Origin: a virus
Direction: 5' to 3' (one strand)
IMG/VR virus record: IMGVR_UViG_3300030109_004085
Span: 1 to 64,000 of that record
DNA length: 64,000 nucleotides
Shown here: positions 17,034 to 26,538 of the stretch, piece after piece
Layout of the letters: every line of letters begins with the position of its first letter
How positions within the stretch are numbered: the stretch's first letter is position 1
Position numbers and translations under genes: made by a program
The notes under the pieces: model-generated
Database searches by the model: none
Seen by the model: the letters and a program-made list of their open reading frames with translations, nothing else
Told to the model about the DNA's origin: nothing

Positions 17034-18608
17034 CTAAATCTCTATAATGGCGTGTGAAGTTGTGATTAATGTTCCAGCAGCAGAGGCAGCATTTTGAAGT
17101 GCTGTCCGCGTAACCTTAACGGGATCTATAATGCCTTCTTCAAGCATGTCAACCATTTCATCGGTGCGGAAGTTATAGCCTAGATTGCTTTCAGCCGCTT
17201 CGATCTGAGCAAGAATCAAGTCGGGGGATAACCCACAGTTCTGTGCCATCTGTCGTAGTGGAGCTTTAACTGCGTCGCGTACTATTTCAATGCCAAACAC
17301 CTGATCTTCGTTCTCTGCTTCCACCATTAGAAGGTTGTTAGATACTCGAACCAATGTAACACCACCGCCGGGAATAATGCCTTCTTGCTGTGCAGACTTA
17401 ACCGCTTCAAGCGCGTCTTCAATACGATGCTTCTTCTCAATCATCTCTACTTCAGTTGCCGCACCCACCTTAATGACTGCTACCCCAGAGGCCAACTTGG
17501 TGATGCGTTCCTGAATATTGTCACATTCACGCATGTCATCGGTCTGCATCAACTCAGTCTTCAGCAAATCAATGCGACGATCAATCTCTTCAAAGTCGCC
17601 TTTGCCGCCAATCACAGTAGTATTACCCTTTGTAATGTCGATGGAACGACACTGACCAAAGTGTTGTAGCTTAATGTCTTTTAAGCCAACCGTGCCGCCC
17701 GTAGAGACGAACTCCGCACCTGTTGAAAGTGCTAGGTCGGACAGAATGTTACGACGCCTCTCGCCGTAGAAGGGAGCCTTTACAGCAACAATCTTCAAAG
17801 ATCCCCTAACAGTATTCATAATAAGGGCTGCGAGTGCCTGACCTTCAATTTCTTCGGCAACAATAACAAGGGGACGACCGTCACGAGATACAATCTCCAA
17901 CGCTGGGAGAATCTGGTCTACTGATTCAATCCGATTATCAGTTACAAGAAGAAGCGGGGAATCATAGTGAACCGCACCACGACGTTCGTCGGTTACGAAA
18001 GCAGACGCAGCATAGCCAGATTCAACTCGGAAACCTTCAATAACATCAAGTGAAGTATCGATCGTCTTGGCATCTTGAATGGTAATAGAGCCATCCTTAC
18101 CAGCCTTATCAACAGCAGTGGCGATTAACTTACCAATGGTTCTATCATTGTTGGCCGAGATGGTTGCGATGTTCTCAACATCGTCAAGCGTTTCAATGTG
18201 TTGTGCGTTGCTTTTAAGTTGTCCAACCAAAGCCTCCACAGCCAAATCAATGCCTCGCTTTAATTCTACCGGAGACGCACCAGCAGTGATATAACGCTGC
18301 GCCTTATTAAGGATGGCGCGCGCGAGGACAGTCGCTGTAGTGGTTCCGTCACCAGCCATAGTGTTGGTCTGGGAGGTTGCCTGCTTTAGAATCTGTGCAG
18401 CAGCGTTTTCAAACTCATCGTCCAGATGAACAAACGCAGAGACAGTTACACCGTCCTTCGTAATAATGGGATCATTTCCTTTTTGATGTAGGATAACATT
18501 GCGACCCTTCGGTCCTAAAGTTGCCGCAACATTGTCGGCAAGCTTATTAACTCCGTCCAGAACCTTTTGACTCAGGCCCTGTCGGTCTTCAAATACACAT
18601 TTGGGCAT
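17034..18608 (-). CDS. groEL: chaperonin GroEL
   Basis: TLGPKGRNV, ITKDGVTV, AGDGTTTATVL, GIIPGGG, IDPVKVTR; no GGM tail. Confidence 0.97.
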   Translation of the reverse strand: MPKCVFEDRQGLSQKVLDGVNKLADNVAATLGPKGRNVILHQKGNDPIITKDGVTVSAFVHLDDEFENAAAQILKQATSQTNTMAGDGTTTATVLARAILNKAQRYITAGASPVELKRGIDLAVEALVGQLKSNAQHIETLDDVENIATISANNDRTIGKLIATAVDKAGKDGSITIQDAKTIDTSLDVIEGFRVESGYAASAFVTDERRGAVHYDSPLLLVTDNRIESVDQILPALEIVSRDGRPLVIVAEEIEGQALAALIMNTVRGSLKIVAVKAPFYGERRRNILSDLALSTGAEFVSTGGTVGLKDIKLQHFGQCRSIDITKGNTTVIGGKGDFEEIDRRIDLLKTELMQTDDMRECDNIQERITKLASGVAVIKVGAATEVEMIEKKHRIEDALEAVKSAQQEGIIPGGGVTLVRVSNNLLMVEAENEDQVFGIEIVRDAVKAPLRQMAQNCGLSPDLILAQIEAAESNLGYNFRTDEMVDMLEEGIIDPVKVTRTALQNAASAAGTLITTSHAIIEI

Positions 18609-18634
18609 TGAAACCTCACTTTCTTACTCTTAGT

Positions 18635-18662
18635 ATTATAACATACGATTCGTATATGTCAA
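18635..18662 (-). promoter_or_regulatory. consensus sigma70 promoter for groEL
   Basis: TTGACA-N16-TATAAT; spacer contains palindrome ATACGA-n-TCGTAT. Confidence 0.8.
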
Positions 18663-18665
18663 GTA

Positions 18666-20375
18666 TTATTTATCACTTTGAAGGTCTTTGGTCCGTTCTC
18701 CAATAGACTTGGATGCATCAATTGCTGTTTGAGCCTCTTGATCATTCTGTAGCCCATTACCAAAGTAACTTTGAATGTTTGTGGTTAGAACCTTTAGATC
18801 CGAAAAGATTGCGAAGACTGAAGTGTCAATAATCTCGGAGATCTTCTGCATAAGATTCACAACCTGTTCTTGACCAATCTCAATGGAACCCAGCATAACC
18901 TTATCCTGGTTGGCGGGGAATATCTCCTTGCCAGCAGCAAGTGTTTTAATATCCAAAATACGAGGCTCGGTCAGTTCAAACTGGTCTGTATTAACATAGC
19001 CGTGGCTGAGCAAGAGAGCTTTCTTTTTCTGCTCCGGGGTAAGATTGTTGTAGGCTACGATCGAGTCTTTGGCGCCTTCTTGTTTTTTGTCTTTAGCGTA
19101 AGCCCCGCCGGCTCGACCCATCAGTTCTTGGCGAGCCGCGAGGTTTGCATTGGTTAATTCCGTAACCTCATTGTAGGCGGCTACAACAATTTCGTTGTAA
19201 ATTCTCAAAGCGGTGACGATGCGGTCTCCGTATGTTTCGATCCATTCTGCTCTCGCAGCCTTGGTAGTGGGAGCCTTCGGCGCCGGTTCAGACAAAAGGC
19301 CCATCCTGTAGGCTAAAGCAGCCTCCCGTGCTCCAGTGGGATTGTCCACTGCGCGCGGCATCAGTGGGTCGCGACCGAAGCGTTTGGGAGTTTTCAACTG
19401 CGAGGTGTCCTCTGGAAGTCCAACGAGCTTGACTGCATTTACCAATATATCTTGGGAGATATCGGACGCATCTCCCAACTCTTTCACCCGATCGTGGTAA
19501 AGTTTAAGAACGTCCTCGGCTTTGGGAGGAGGCGGGATCTTCACATCGGCCACGCTATCAGGATCATTTATAAATCCTTGAGGCAGCCTCATAAGACCTG
19601 GGTTTTCCAGACCGCCATTATACATGAGGTTGGCTACGTTATCTAACGTGAAGTCGAAGCGATAAAAGTCTAGACGCCCTGAACCTTGGTCGTCCAGTTT
19701 CTTTGTCACAGCTACATACTGCATCTTTTCGTACTTTCGAAGATCGTTTACCAAATCAGTGAAACTACCGCCAACCTTTAGGGAGCCTGCGGTGTATAAT
19801 TTAAGACTGATAGGAACTTTTTCTCCACCCACATTGGCGGTGAGGTCAGCAATTGTTCCTTCGCCAGTAGCAATCTGTGCGCCGCCCAAAAGCACCCCCA
19901 GAAAAGCTTCAAATGAGAAACCAGCCGAGGAAGCGTTGAAGTGGGCGACAATCTTTGTTAGGGTCTTATAGAAAGTTAGATAACCTAAAGCTTTTGAAAT
20001 ACGTTCCTTGTCAGTATCTCCAAAGAAACCCTGTTCAAGAAGTTGAACCGGGTCGGTCTGATAGAACTTTGCTAGACCCTCAACTTTGTCTTTTAGGTCA
20101 TCTCCTGCGATATCATCTAGGAACTGTTCAAGCTGCTTTCTCTGAGGGCTCGGGATATCAGCCCCTCCTTCAACTGTCTGAACAGAGGACCAGGGAATTT
20201 CCGAGATTGGAATATCGGGGACACCATCAAAGGTTAAAGTGATTGCCTCTCTTTGTTCTCTGATTAAGGCTTCGGCTTGTTCTCCACCTACTAATAGACT
20301 TAGAACTTCTTTAATTATGCTTTCAGTCTCGTCTTTTTTGGAGTAGAAACTCTCCACCAGTGTATCAATATTCAT
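18666..20375 (-). CDS. large late protein with possible PD-(D/E)xK-like nuclease core
   Basis: GFSFEAFL...IADL...PISLKLY; CTAATTA motif at 20399-20405. Confidence 0.5.
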   Translation of the reverse strand: MNIDTLVESFYSKKDETESIIKEVLSLLVGGEQAEALIREQREAITLTFDGVPDIPISEIPWSSVQTVEGGADIPSPQRKQLEQFLDDIAGDDLKDKVEGLAKFYQTDPVQLLEQGFFGDTDKERISKALGYLTFYKTLTKIVAHFNASSAGFSFEAFLGVLLGGAQIATGEGTIADLTANVGGEKVPISLKLYTAGSLKVGGSFTDLVNDLRKYEKMQYVAVTKKLDDQGSGRLDFYRFDFTLDNVANLMYNGGLENPGLMRLPQGFINDPDSVADVKIPPPPKAEDVLKLYHDRVKELGDASDISQDILVNAVKLVGLPEDTSQLKTPKRFGRDPLMPRAVDNPTGAREAALAYRMGLLSEPAPKAPTTKAARAEWIETYGDRIVTALRIYNEIVVAAYNEVTELTNANLAARQELMGRAGGAYAKDKKQEGAKDSIVAYNNLTPEQKKKALLLSHGYVNTDQFELTEPRILDIKTLAAGKEIFPANQDKVMLGSIEIGQEQVVNLMQKISEIIDTSVFAIFSDLKVLTTNIQSYFGNGLQNDQEAQTAIDASKSIGERTKDLQSDK

Positions 20376-20401
20376 TTTAAATCCTCGGGAACTAATACTA
20401 A

Positions 20402-21046
20402 TTAGATGATTTCATCAGCAAGACCCATTTCAATTGCCTCTTCAGCAGAGAAATATTCGTCTATATTCTTAGAAAACATGTTATGAATCTCGCCAACAGA
20501 AAGATTGGAGTTCTCGGCAATCACCCGAACCATATTGTCTTCCATTAAGCGCATTTCATCGTGGCTTGCCTTCATATCGGCAGTGGATCCCATACCGCCC
20601 GATGAACAACGGTGCAACATAATGCGAACATTGCGCGTCACGAAACGCTTACCCTTTGTTCCCGAGACCAATAAAGGCACGCCAGCAGAGAACACCTTGC
20701 CTGTTCCTAGCGTTGCGATATCGCGGCGTCTCTTCACAATATTCATTATGTCAACAACACCGAACATATCGTAGACAGCACCGCCGCCAGTTGAAATAAG
20801 AAAGTGAACGTCCTCTGGGACTTCCTCTCCTTCTTCTAATGGGTTTGGAAAGACCTTCCCTCCGTTTAACTGAACAAGCCCCATATATAATTCTTGAGTT
20901 GATTCCTCATTTAATTCTCCAACCAAGCCAAGGGTATTGGGTTCTTCGCCATCCTGGCCAGCTGCCATCGCTGCCATAACCATTGCAGCCTGATGCTCAC
21001 AGATCTCCTCTTCTTCATCTGGGGTTTCGTTATTGAAAATTAACAT
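20402..21046 (-). CDS. clpP: ClpP-like protease subunit (copy 1)
   Basis: ISTGGG, FSAG (Ser), IMLH (His), D.YFSAEEA.EMGLAD. Confidence 0.85.
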   Translation of the reverse strand: MLIFNNETPDEEEEICEHQAAMVMAAMAAGQDGEEPNTLGLVGELNEESTQELYMGLVQLNGGKVFPNPLEEGEEVPEDVHFLISTGGGAVYDMFGVVDIMNIVKRRRDIATLGTGKVFSAGVPLLVSGTKGKRFVTRNVRIMLHRCSSGGMGSTADMKASHDEMRLMEDNMVRVIAENSNLSVGEIHNMFSKNIDEYFSAEEAIEMGLADEII

Positions 21047-21053
21047 TGTTTTC

Positions 21054-21452
21054 CTATTCTCCCTTAAGGGAATTGTTTAAGAACCGCATAGCACTGTCCC
21101 AGTCGTGGAACGGTAACATCGATTTAAAGTGTCGGGGGGCTCTCTTCACTAGCGATACTATAACAGAGTCCTTCCAGTTTGTCAAGAATTGGTCGTCAAC
21201 TTTCTGGAACTGACGAATCTGCTCCTCTGTAAAGCCTGCGTCGTGCATCGACTTCGACTTTAATTCCTGCAGGAACGATAAGTCCTCTACCATCTTTACC
21301 AGCATCCATACCACAGAAACAACAGCCTCTTGCACTATTCTCCAAGTATGCACAATCTCCAGAAACCGAGACAAAAACATACTCGCGAATACGCCGGCGA
21401 AGAAAGCCATCGCAGCGATGGCGGTTAAATCATCTGTTGTTAGTTCTAACAT
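21054..21452 (-). CDS. membrane-anchored hypothetical protein
   Basis: N-terminal hydrophobic helix. Confidence 0.6.
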   Translation of the reverse strand: MLELTTDDLTAIAAMAFFAGVFASMFLSRFLEIVHTWRIVQEAVVSVVWMLVKMVEDLSFLQELKSKSMHDAGFTEEQIRQFQKVDDQFLTNWKDSVIVSLVKRAPRHFKSMLPFHDWDSAMRFLNNSLKGE

Positions 21453-21469
21453 AATTCATCCAAAATAAA

Positions 21470-21498
21470 AAAAGCTGTGAGGGTCACTCACAGCTTTT
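21470..21498 (-). terminator. intrinsic terminator
   Basis: AAAAGCTGTGAG-TGACC-CTCACAGCTTTT followed by further T. Confidence 0.75.
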
Positions 21499-21527
21499 AG
21501 TATACGTTAGGAATTTTGGTTTGTCAA
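21499..21527 (-). promoter_or_regulatory. sigma70-type promoter abutting the terminator
   Basis: TTGACA-N17-TATACT. Confidence 0.75.
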
Positions 21528-21528
21528 C

Positions 21529-22239
21529 CTATTTCTTAGTGCTAAGAGCCTCCATAAGAATTCTCTTTGCAACTCTCTTCGTGATGGTCTCCATTAGATC
21601 ATCACCCATCTCGTCTGCATCAGCTGGCTCGTCTGCCATGGCGTCCATAGCATCTGGGGGCTCGTCTGCATCTGCAACCTCGTCAGCGTCAATTTCGACT
21701 TCCTCACCCATTGCGTCTTCAAGGGCGCGCTCAAGGGCTGAAAGGAAATCATCAACTGAAACCATCTTGCCTGCATCTGCGGCTGGCTCCTCAGCTGGTG
21801 CCTCTATCTCTGCATCTACTTCTAGTTCCTCGTCACCGGCAGCATCTTCCATTTCGGCTGCGTCGACTTCCAACTCTGCATGCTCCTCTTCCTCAAGACG
21901 ATCGGCTGGTCCGCGGCCTCTGCCGTGACCTCTTCGTGCGTCCTGTAGACCTCCACCAGCAGCGTCGGTGCGGACTTCATCCATCTCGTCTTCATCTCGT
22001 GCGTGACGCATCTCGTCAAGATCGTCTTCATCACGGCGCATGCCACGCATGCCCTCTTCCATCTCTTCCTCATCCTCACCGCGCATGCGCATTCCTCGAC
22101 CTTCTTCTAGGTCCTCATCAGCGTGCTTCTCTTCGGTAAGACCCTCTACAAAGCCTGGGGTCAAAGGCTCTAGCCTAGCTAGCTTCATGAACTGGCGAAT
22201 CTGTGACTCGCTTAAAATTGTTTTATTCTTTTTGGACAT
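21529..22239 (-). CDS. very acidic scaffold/core-like late protein
   Basis: Repeated (L/M)xE units, RQFMKLARL motif resembling the scaffold C-terminus; ACTATTTA at 22280-22287. Confidence 0.6.
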   Translation of the reverse strand: MSKKNKTILSESQIRQFMKLARLEPLTPGFVEGLTEEKHADEDLEEGRGMRMRGEDEEEMEEGMRGMRRDEDDLDEMRHARDEDEMDEVRTDAAGGGLQDARRGHGRGRGPADRLEEEEHAELEVDAAEMEDAAGDEELEVDAEIEAPAEEPAADAGKMVSVDDFLSALERALEDAMGEEVEIDADEVADADEPPDAMDAMADEPADADEMGDDLMETITKRVAKRILMEALSTKK

Positions 22240-22278
22240 CCTGCAAAACTCCTAACATTATTCGCGAATATGCTATTT

Positions 22279-22521
22279 TTAAATAGTATTTTGATCTGAT
22301 AATGTCTTTTTTAATTTAACAAGTGATTCATCGACTAATTGTTTTGCCCTTACAATGCTCACGCCGTGTCGCTCTCCTATCTGTTTAAGGGTCATAGCGC
22401 CGTGTTTATAGACGGCGATATCAGTACAATTTAAATCCTCTTCGTAATCTAAGTGCAACCTGCATTCACTTTGCGAGCAGGGTACGTGATGTATATAGCA
22501 TTTGCTGGCACATTCTTTCAT
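22279..22521 (-). CDS. stand-alone sigma70 region-4 HTH protein with N-terminal Cys cluster
   Basis: MTLKQIGERHGVSIVRAKQLVDESLVKL resembles TLEEVG..F.VTRERIRQIE..AL.KL; five Cys upstream. Confidence 0.65.
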   Translation of the reverse strand: MKECASKCYIHHVPCSQSECRLHLDYEEDLNCTDIAVYKHGAMTLKQIGERHGVSIVRAKQLVDESLVKLKKTLSDQNTI

Positions 22522-22853
22522 AACTCTGGTAAATCCTCTTCTAATATATCGAATATGTTTTCGATGTCTTCTTCAGTTAGCGCAAGGTCTTGTAACATTT
22601 TCTCGCCATCCTCACGCAGTTTGCGAGATTTAGTAACACGCTTTTTAGATTGAACTTTCTTGTTAATTTTGTAGTCGTCAAGAAACTTCATAAAAAGTTT
22701 GTCTTGTGATAGATAAGATTCAACGCAGTATCGAAAGAACTCGCTCTGTGTTTTAATCTCATCGTAGAACAATCTAATCTTTAAGTTCTCGTGGAGTTTT
22801 GAATCCAACGAGAAAGATAATATAGAGTGTCCTTCTGGGTACGATCTTTTCAT
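22518..22853 (-). CDS. ribbon-helix-helix-like DNA-binding protein
   Basis: Alternating strand ILSFSL followed by two helices (LHENLKIRL, QSEFFRYCVE). Confidence 0.45.
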   Translation of the reverse strand: MKRSYPEGHSILSFSLDSKLHENLKIRLFYDEIKTQSEFFRYCVESYLSQDKLFMKFLDDYKINKKVQSKKRVTKSRKLREDGEKMLQDLALTEEDIENIFDILEEDLPEL

Positions 22854-23869
22854 CTCAAGATATGTGTCCCACTCTCAGTCTGTCCGCTAGAAGTCTGGCG
22901 GATAAACCGAGCTTTTGCTTGTAGCTCTGTAATGGTTCGTGCTCCGGAATATGAAAGTCCCGAACGAATGCCGCGGTCTAGTTCCATTAGTATATCTGCC
23001 ACTGGACCCTTACAAGGCACTGTCGTTGCAATACCCTCTAATGACGCTGTTCTTCCACGCCACTCGACCTGAGCATCCTTTGAAGCCATTCCACGGTAAG
23101 CCTTAAACTTACCTTCTCTGGTATTGATTATATCCCCAGGAGTCTCATTAGTACCTGACAAGAGAGAACCAAGCATAACGAAGTCAGCCCCAGCTGCCAA
23201 AGCTTTGACAATATCCCCCGAGTTTCGGATTCCCCCGTCAGCAATGATGGGAACGTTCCTGTCTGATCTCGCGCAATCAATAATTGTGTGAAGGCCCGGG
23301 ACACCGTGGCCAGTCTGAACCCTAGTTGAACAAATAGAACCGCCGCCAATATTGCAACGCACACTATCGGCTCCCCAATCGACCAAGTCATTATAACCCT
23401 CCAAGGTGGCAACATTGCCAGCCATGATATGAACAGAGTCTTTAAGGATCCCACGCAACTCTTGAAGCGCATGCTTCATTAGTATGTGGTGTCCGTGAGC
23501 TACATCAACACAAAGTATATTTGCGCCGTGCCCCACAAGAGCCACTGCTCTTTCTAAATAGTCACCAGACGTTCCTATTGCTGCGGCGACCGAACTGTCG
23601 GGATTCACAAGGTTTGCTATTGAGTGCTCTACTATGTTGACTTGCTCTTCAATAGTGTTGTATCTGTGAACAATAGCCAGCCCACCTTCGTCAGCCATTG
23701 CCACAACCATATCCTTTTCAGACACAGTGTCCATTGGACTGGCAATAATTGGCAATCTAAATTGATTGTCTGATAAGTTTGAAGTAAGTTTAACTTCGTT
23801 CCTGCTTTTAATGTCCGAATACTGCGGGACCAGTAGGACATCATTATAAGTTACTGCTTCTTGTATCAT
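22850..23869 (-). CDS. guaB: IMP dehydrogenase/GMP reductase family (no CBS domains)
   Basis: [38 protein letters not shown]. Confidence 0.85.
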   Translation of the reverse strand: MIQEAVTYNDVLLVPQYSDIKSRNEVKLTSNLSDNQFRLPIIASPMDTVSEKDMVVAMADEGGLAIVHRYNTIEEQVNIVEHSIANLVNPDSSVAAAIGTSGDYLERAVALVGHGANILCVDVAHGHHILMKHALQELRGILKDSVHIMAGNVATLEGYNDLVDWGADSVRCNIGGGSICSTRVQTGHGVPGLHTIIDCARSDRNVPIIADGGIRNSGDIVKALAAGADFVMLGSLLSGTNETPGDIINTREGKFKAYRGMASKDAQVEWRGRTASLEGIATTVPCKGPVADILMELDRGIRSGLSYSGARTITELQAKARFIRQTSSGQTESGTHILR

Positions 23870-24114
23870 TTTATCTTCTCCAATGCTTCCGTTATTTTAC
23901 CCCAACAATCTGGGCAAGTCAAGCGAACTCTATCTTCTACTACTGATACTTGCCAAGTCTTAACTGTTTCGTGGTTCCTCACAAACGGAATTCCACAAAC
24001 ACAACATTCTTTGGGATGGTCAAGGAAAGCAGCGGTCTGCTTTTCAAGCTTCTTCTGAGCTTCCTTGCGTTCCTTCTTTCTTTTGTTTGTGTTTACTTTT
24101 CTTACCTTTTTCAT
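23866..24114 (-). CDS. basic Zn-ribbon protein
   Basis: CCVC and CPDC. Confidence 0.6.
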   Translation of the reverse strand: MKKVRKVNTNKRKKERKEAQKKLEKQTAAFLDHPKECCVCGIPFVRNHETVKTWQVSVVEDRVRLTCPDCWGKITEALEKIK

Positions 24115-24601
24115 TGATCTTTAAAAACTCTCTGTATTCTTTATTAAGGTTATCATAATATTTCGTTTTGCGCAAGGACTTATGTGCATTATTTAACGCT
24201 TTTTTGTGCGCGATATTTATCATAAAGTAAGGCGCTTCTGCTCTTGGGTTATACCCCTGCACTTCCACCTCGTCGTTTGGGTTGAAACAAATACATTTAT
24301 AATCTTTTAGTCCCAACCTTTTTAAAATTGCATTAACAAAAACCTGAAACGGTTTGGTGTTTTCAGCTGATAACTCGTGTGGAAGTGCTATCAAAGCACT
24401 ATCATAATCTGATGCTGCGAAATCTTCAAGAAGATCTTTAATTCCTTTGTCTTCCTCGTGCATCATAACAACCATTAGTTTATCTTTAGCCAACTCTGGC
24501 GCAGCAAAGGGACAGGTGGCCACATCATTGAACTCTGGTCTCTTCTTATTCAGAACATTGTTAATGTAATCAGCTATTTTTTGTTTGTACGAACTTGACA
24601 T
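24044..24601 (-). CDS. DUF1415-like hypothetical protein
   Basis: CPFA, F.P, APY motifs. Confidence 0.5.
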   Translation of the reverse strand: MSSSYKQKIADYINNVLNKKRPEFNDVATCPFAAPELAKDKLMVVMMHEEDKGIKDLLEDFAASDYDSALIALPHELSAENTKPFQVFVNAILKRLGLKDYKCICFNPNDEVEVQGYNPRAEAPYFMINIAHKKALNNAHKSLRKTKYYDNLNKEYREFLKINEKGKKSKHKQKKEGTQGSSEEA

Positions 24602-24791
24602 GACGCTTTAGGTACCACTCCGCTTTCTTTAAATCTTCAATATTATCTTGTGATTTCTTGCCGGCTCTTGAAATGTATTTGACGACATTACCAAGATGAA
24701 AGTTTAAATCCCACGCTTCAATAACTTTAATTGCTTCGTAAGTGTTGTCCTCGCCGCCATAATGTCCTGGGTGATTTACTTTTTCAGCCAT
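24570..24791 (-). CDS. DUF3310 (T7 gp1.7-like nucleotide kinase domain)
   Basis: VNHP.HY, GNVVKYISRAGKK, EDLKKAEWYL; start moved to ATG 24791. Confidence 0.8.
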   Translation of the reverse strand: MAEKVNHPGHYGGEDNTYEAIKVIEAWDLNFHLGNVVKYISRAGKKSQDNIEDLKKAEWYLKRHVKFVQTKNS

Positions 24792-25509
24792 TATCCCTAA
24801 TCCTTCTGTAGGCTCCAACTGTCTCAGGGAATAGATCCGTAGCGATCTCCAAGCAAGCCTCAGCAACCTTTTGAATCTCCCATTGCGCGCCTTCGTGTGT
24901 GCGAAGGTCAACGAACTTCAAGAGGTTAGATAGATTAACTGTGCCATAGTATTCGGTGTAGAGGTTCTGCGGTAGAATTCCTCTTGCCTGCTCTCGGCAA
25001 ACGCCGGCTTCAATCATCTTGTTATAAAGAGCGAGACAATCCTTATGATGAACCTGCAGCGCATTGCTAACAGATGTTTTATAAAGCTTGTTCTCGCCCG
25101 GAATGTAACAACCGATATCAGGATCGATCAACTCTTCGGCGTTTGATGCTTGTCGGTTTGACTTATGCTGTGTTCTGAAAGCCTTTGGCTCATAGAATCG
25201 GAGATCCACATCAGTATACCGCCGGGATATCTCATTATAAGACCAAGTTCGATGACGGTGATGCTGACTACGAATATATAAAGGTACACAAAGGCGGTAA
25301 GTGACAAGGTTATGCTCCAAAGTTGAGGTATGTCTATGTTTGATTAGATAGTTGATCAGCTTCTTATCTTTGTTATCCAGTTCTTCTTTCTGGACTCCAA
25401 ATGAAACTCTAGCCGAGTTGACGACGGTAAGGTCAGACCCCATATGTGAAACATAATCAACCTTTCCAATACCGTCGCCGTATAAATCAATAGACTTACT
25501 GTAACTCAT
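24784..25509 (-). CDS. thyX: FAD-dependent thymidylate synthase
   Basis: ARVS, H.S.LEH, RHR..SYNEISRRY, REQAR.ILP, AQWEI. Confidence 0.95.
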   Translation of the reverse strand: MSYSKSIDLYGDGIGKVDYVSHMGSDLTVVNSARVSFGVQKEELDNKDKKLINYLIKHRHTSTLEHNLVTYRLCVPLYIRSQHHRHRTWSYNEISRRYTDVDLRFYEPKAFRTQHKSNRQASNAEELIDPDIGCYIPGENKLYKTSVSNALQVHHKDCLALYNKMIEAGVCREQARGILPQNLYTEYYGTVNLSNLLKFVDLRTHEGAQWEIQKVAEACLEIATDLFPETVGAYRRIRDNG

Positions 25510-26072
25510 TAAATGATCTCGTCAATCACACCCAACTTAAGAGCTTCTTCCGCGGACATGTACCAATCAATCTTGTTCTTAAGAATGTCGTTTAACTTCT
25601 TCTTAGAGATGTTGGTCTTTTCCAGGGTAATATCCTCTATCATCTTCTGAAGGCGCTTAGTTTCCTTTAACTTCTCCTCCATGTCCTGAACCTTACCGAT
25701 AAAACCGCTAGAGACCTGATGGTAGAGTGGAGTGGCGAGATTGTATGCAAACCTCTTGTGGCCACAGATTAGAATCATGAAACCACAAGACATAGCTGCA
25801 CCAGTTACAATAGTGTGGATTGGAGTTTCAGATCTCTCCATAACCCCGAGCAATCCAAAGCACTGATACACAGCGCCCCCATACGAATCAATGTGTAGCT
25901 TAATTGGTGCCGCCACGTATTCTAGATCGTGAACGGCATACAACTTCTTCAAGTGAGTATCACTGGCATTAATACCGATGATGCTCTGCGTGAGCTTATG
26001 CATTGATTCCTGATTAACTTGTTCAGGAAGATACAGATACCGATCCTTTGGCAATGGTAGTGAAGGAGGCAT
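25509..26072 (-). CDS. clpP: ClpP-like protease subunit (copy 2)
   Basis: IDSYGG, AMSCG (Ser), YHQ (His), DWYMSAEEALKLG. Confidence 0.85.
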   Translation of the reverse strand: MPPSLPLPKDRYLYLPEQVNQESMHKLTQSIIGINASDTHLKKLYAVHDLEYVAAPIKLHIDSYGGAVYQCFGLLGVMERSETPIHTIVTGAAMSCGFMILICGHKRFAYNLATPLYHQVSSGFIGKVQDMEEKLKETKRLQKMIEDITLEKTNISKKKLNDILKNKIDWYMSAEEALKLGVIDEII

Positions 26073-26536
26073 TACTTACCCGTGCTCCCTAGCGCACCCT
26101 CACCGCGGTTAGAAATGGTAATGGGATGCCAATCATAAATATCTGGATCGTCAGAAGCAACAAACCGAGCGTGGACCACTGGCACAACGACAGCCTGGGC
26201 AATCTTGTCTCCGGGTTCTACAATCTGGAAGTGACTTCCAATATTGTGAAGGTTTACGAAGACCTCACCATCGTAGCCGGAATCCACCACGCAAGCTCCA
26301 ACTAGAAGCTGACGCTTCGCTGCCATACTGGATCGGTTCTTAATCTCCATCATATAGCCGTGCGGGATCGCAAAACGTAGCCCGGTAGGCAGTAACTTGC
26401 TTTCTCCCGGCTCGATGCGTAGGGCACGGACTGCTTTGTCCTCGGGGTTAAATCGCAAGTCTAAACCTGCATCTGACGGGTTAGACCTCGTCGGGGGTTC
26501 CACATTATCGTGAACCATATGGTACTGCAAAATCAT
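26072..26536 (-). CDS. dut: trimeric dUTPase
   Basis: AGLDL, RSS, VDSGYDGE, GDKIAQ, RGEGALGSTG. Confidence 0.95.
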   Translation of the reverse strand: MILQYHMVHDNVEPPTRSNPSDAGLDLRFNPEDKAVRALRIEPGESKLLPTGLRFAIPHGYMMEIKNRSSMAAKRQLLVGACVVDSGYDGEVFVNLHNIGSHFQIVEPGDKIAQAVVVPVVHARFVASDDPDIYDWHPITISNRGEGALGSTGK

Positions 26537-26538
26537 TT

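Noticed and set aside
21940-22120. Tandem DNA repeat or mobile element
   Set aside because: Only imperfect protein-level repeats inside the acidic core-like gene
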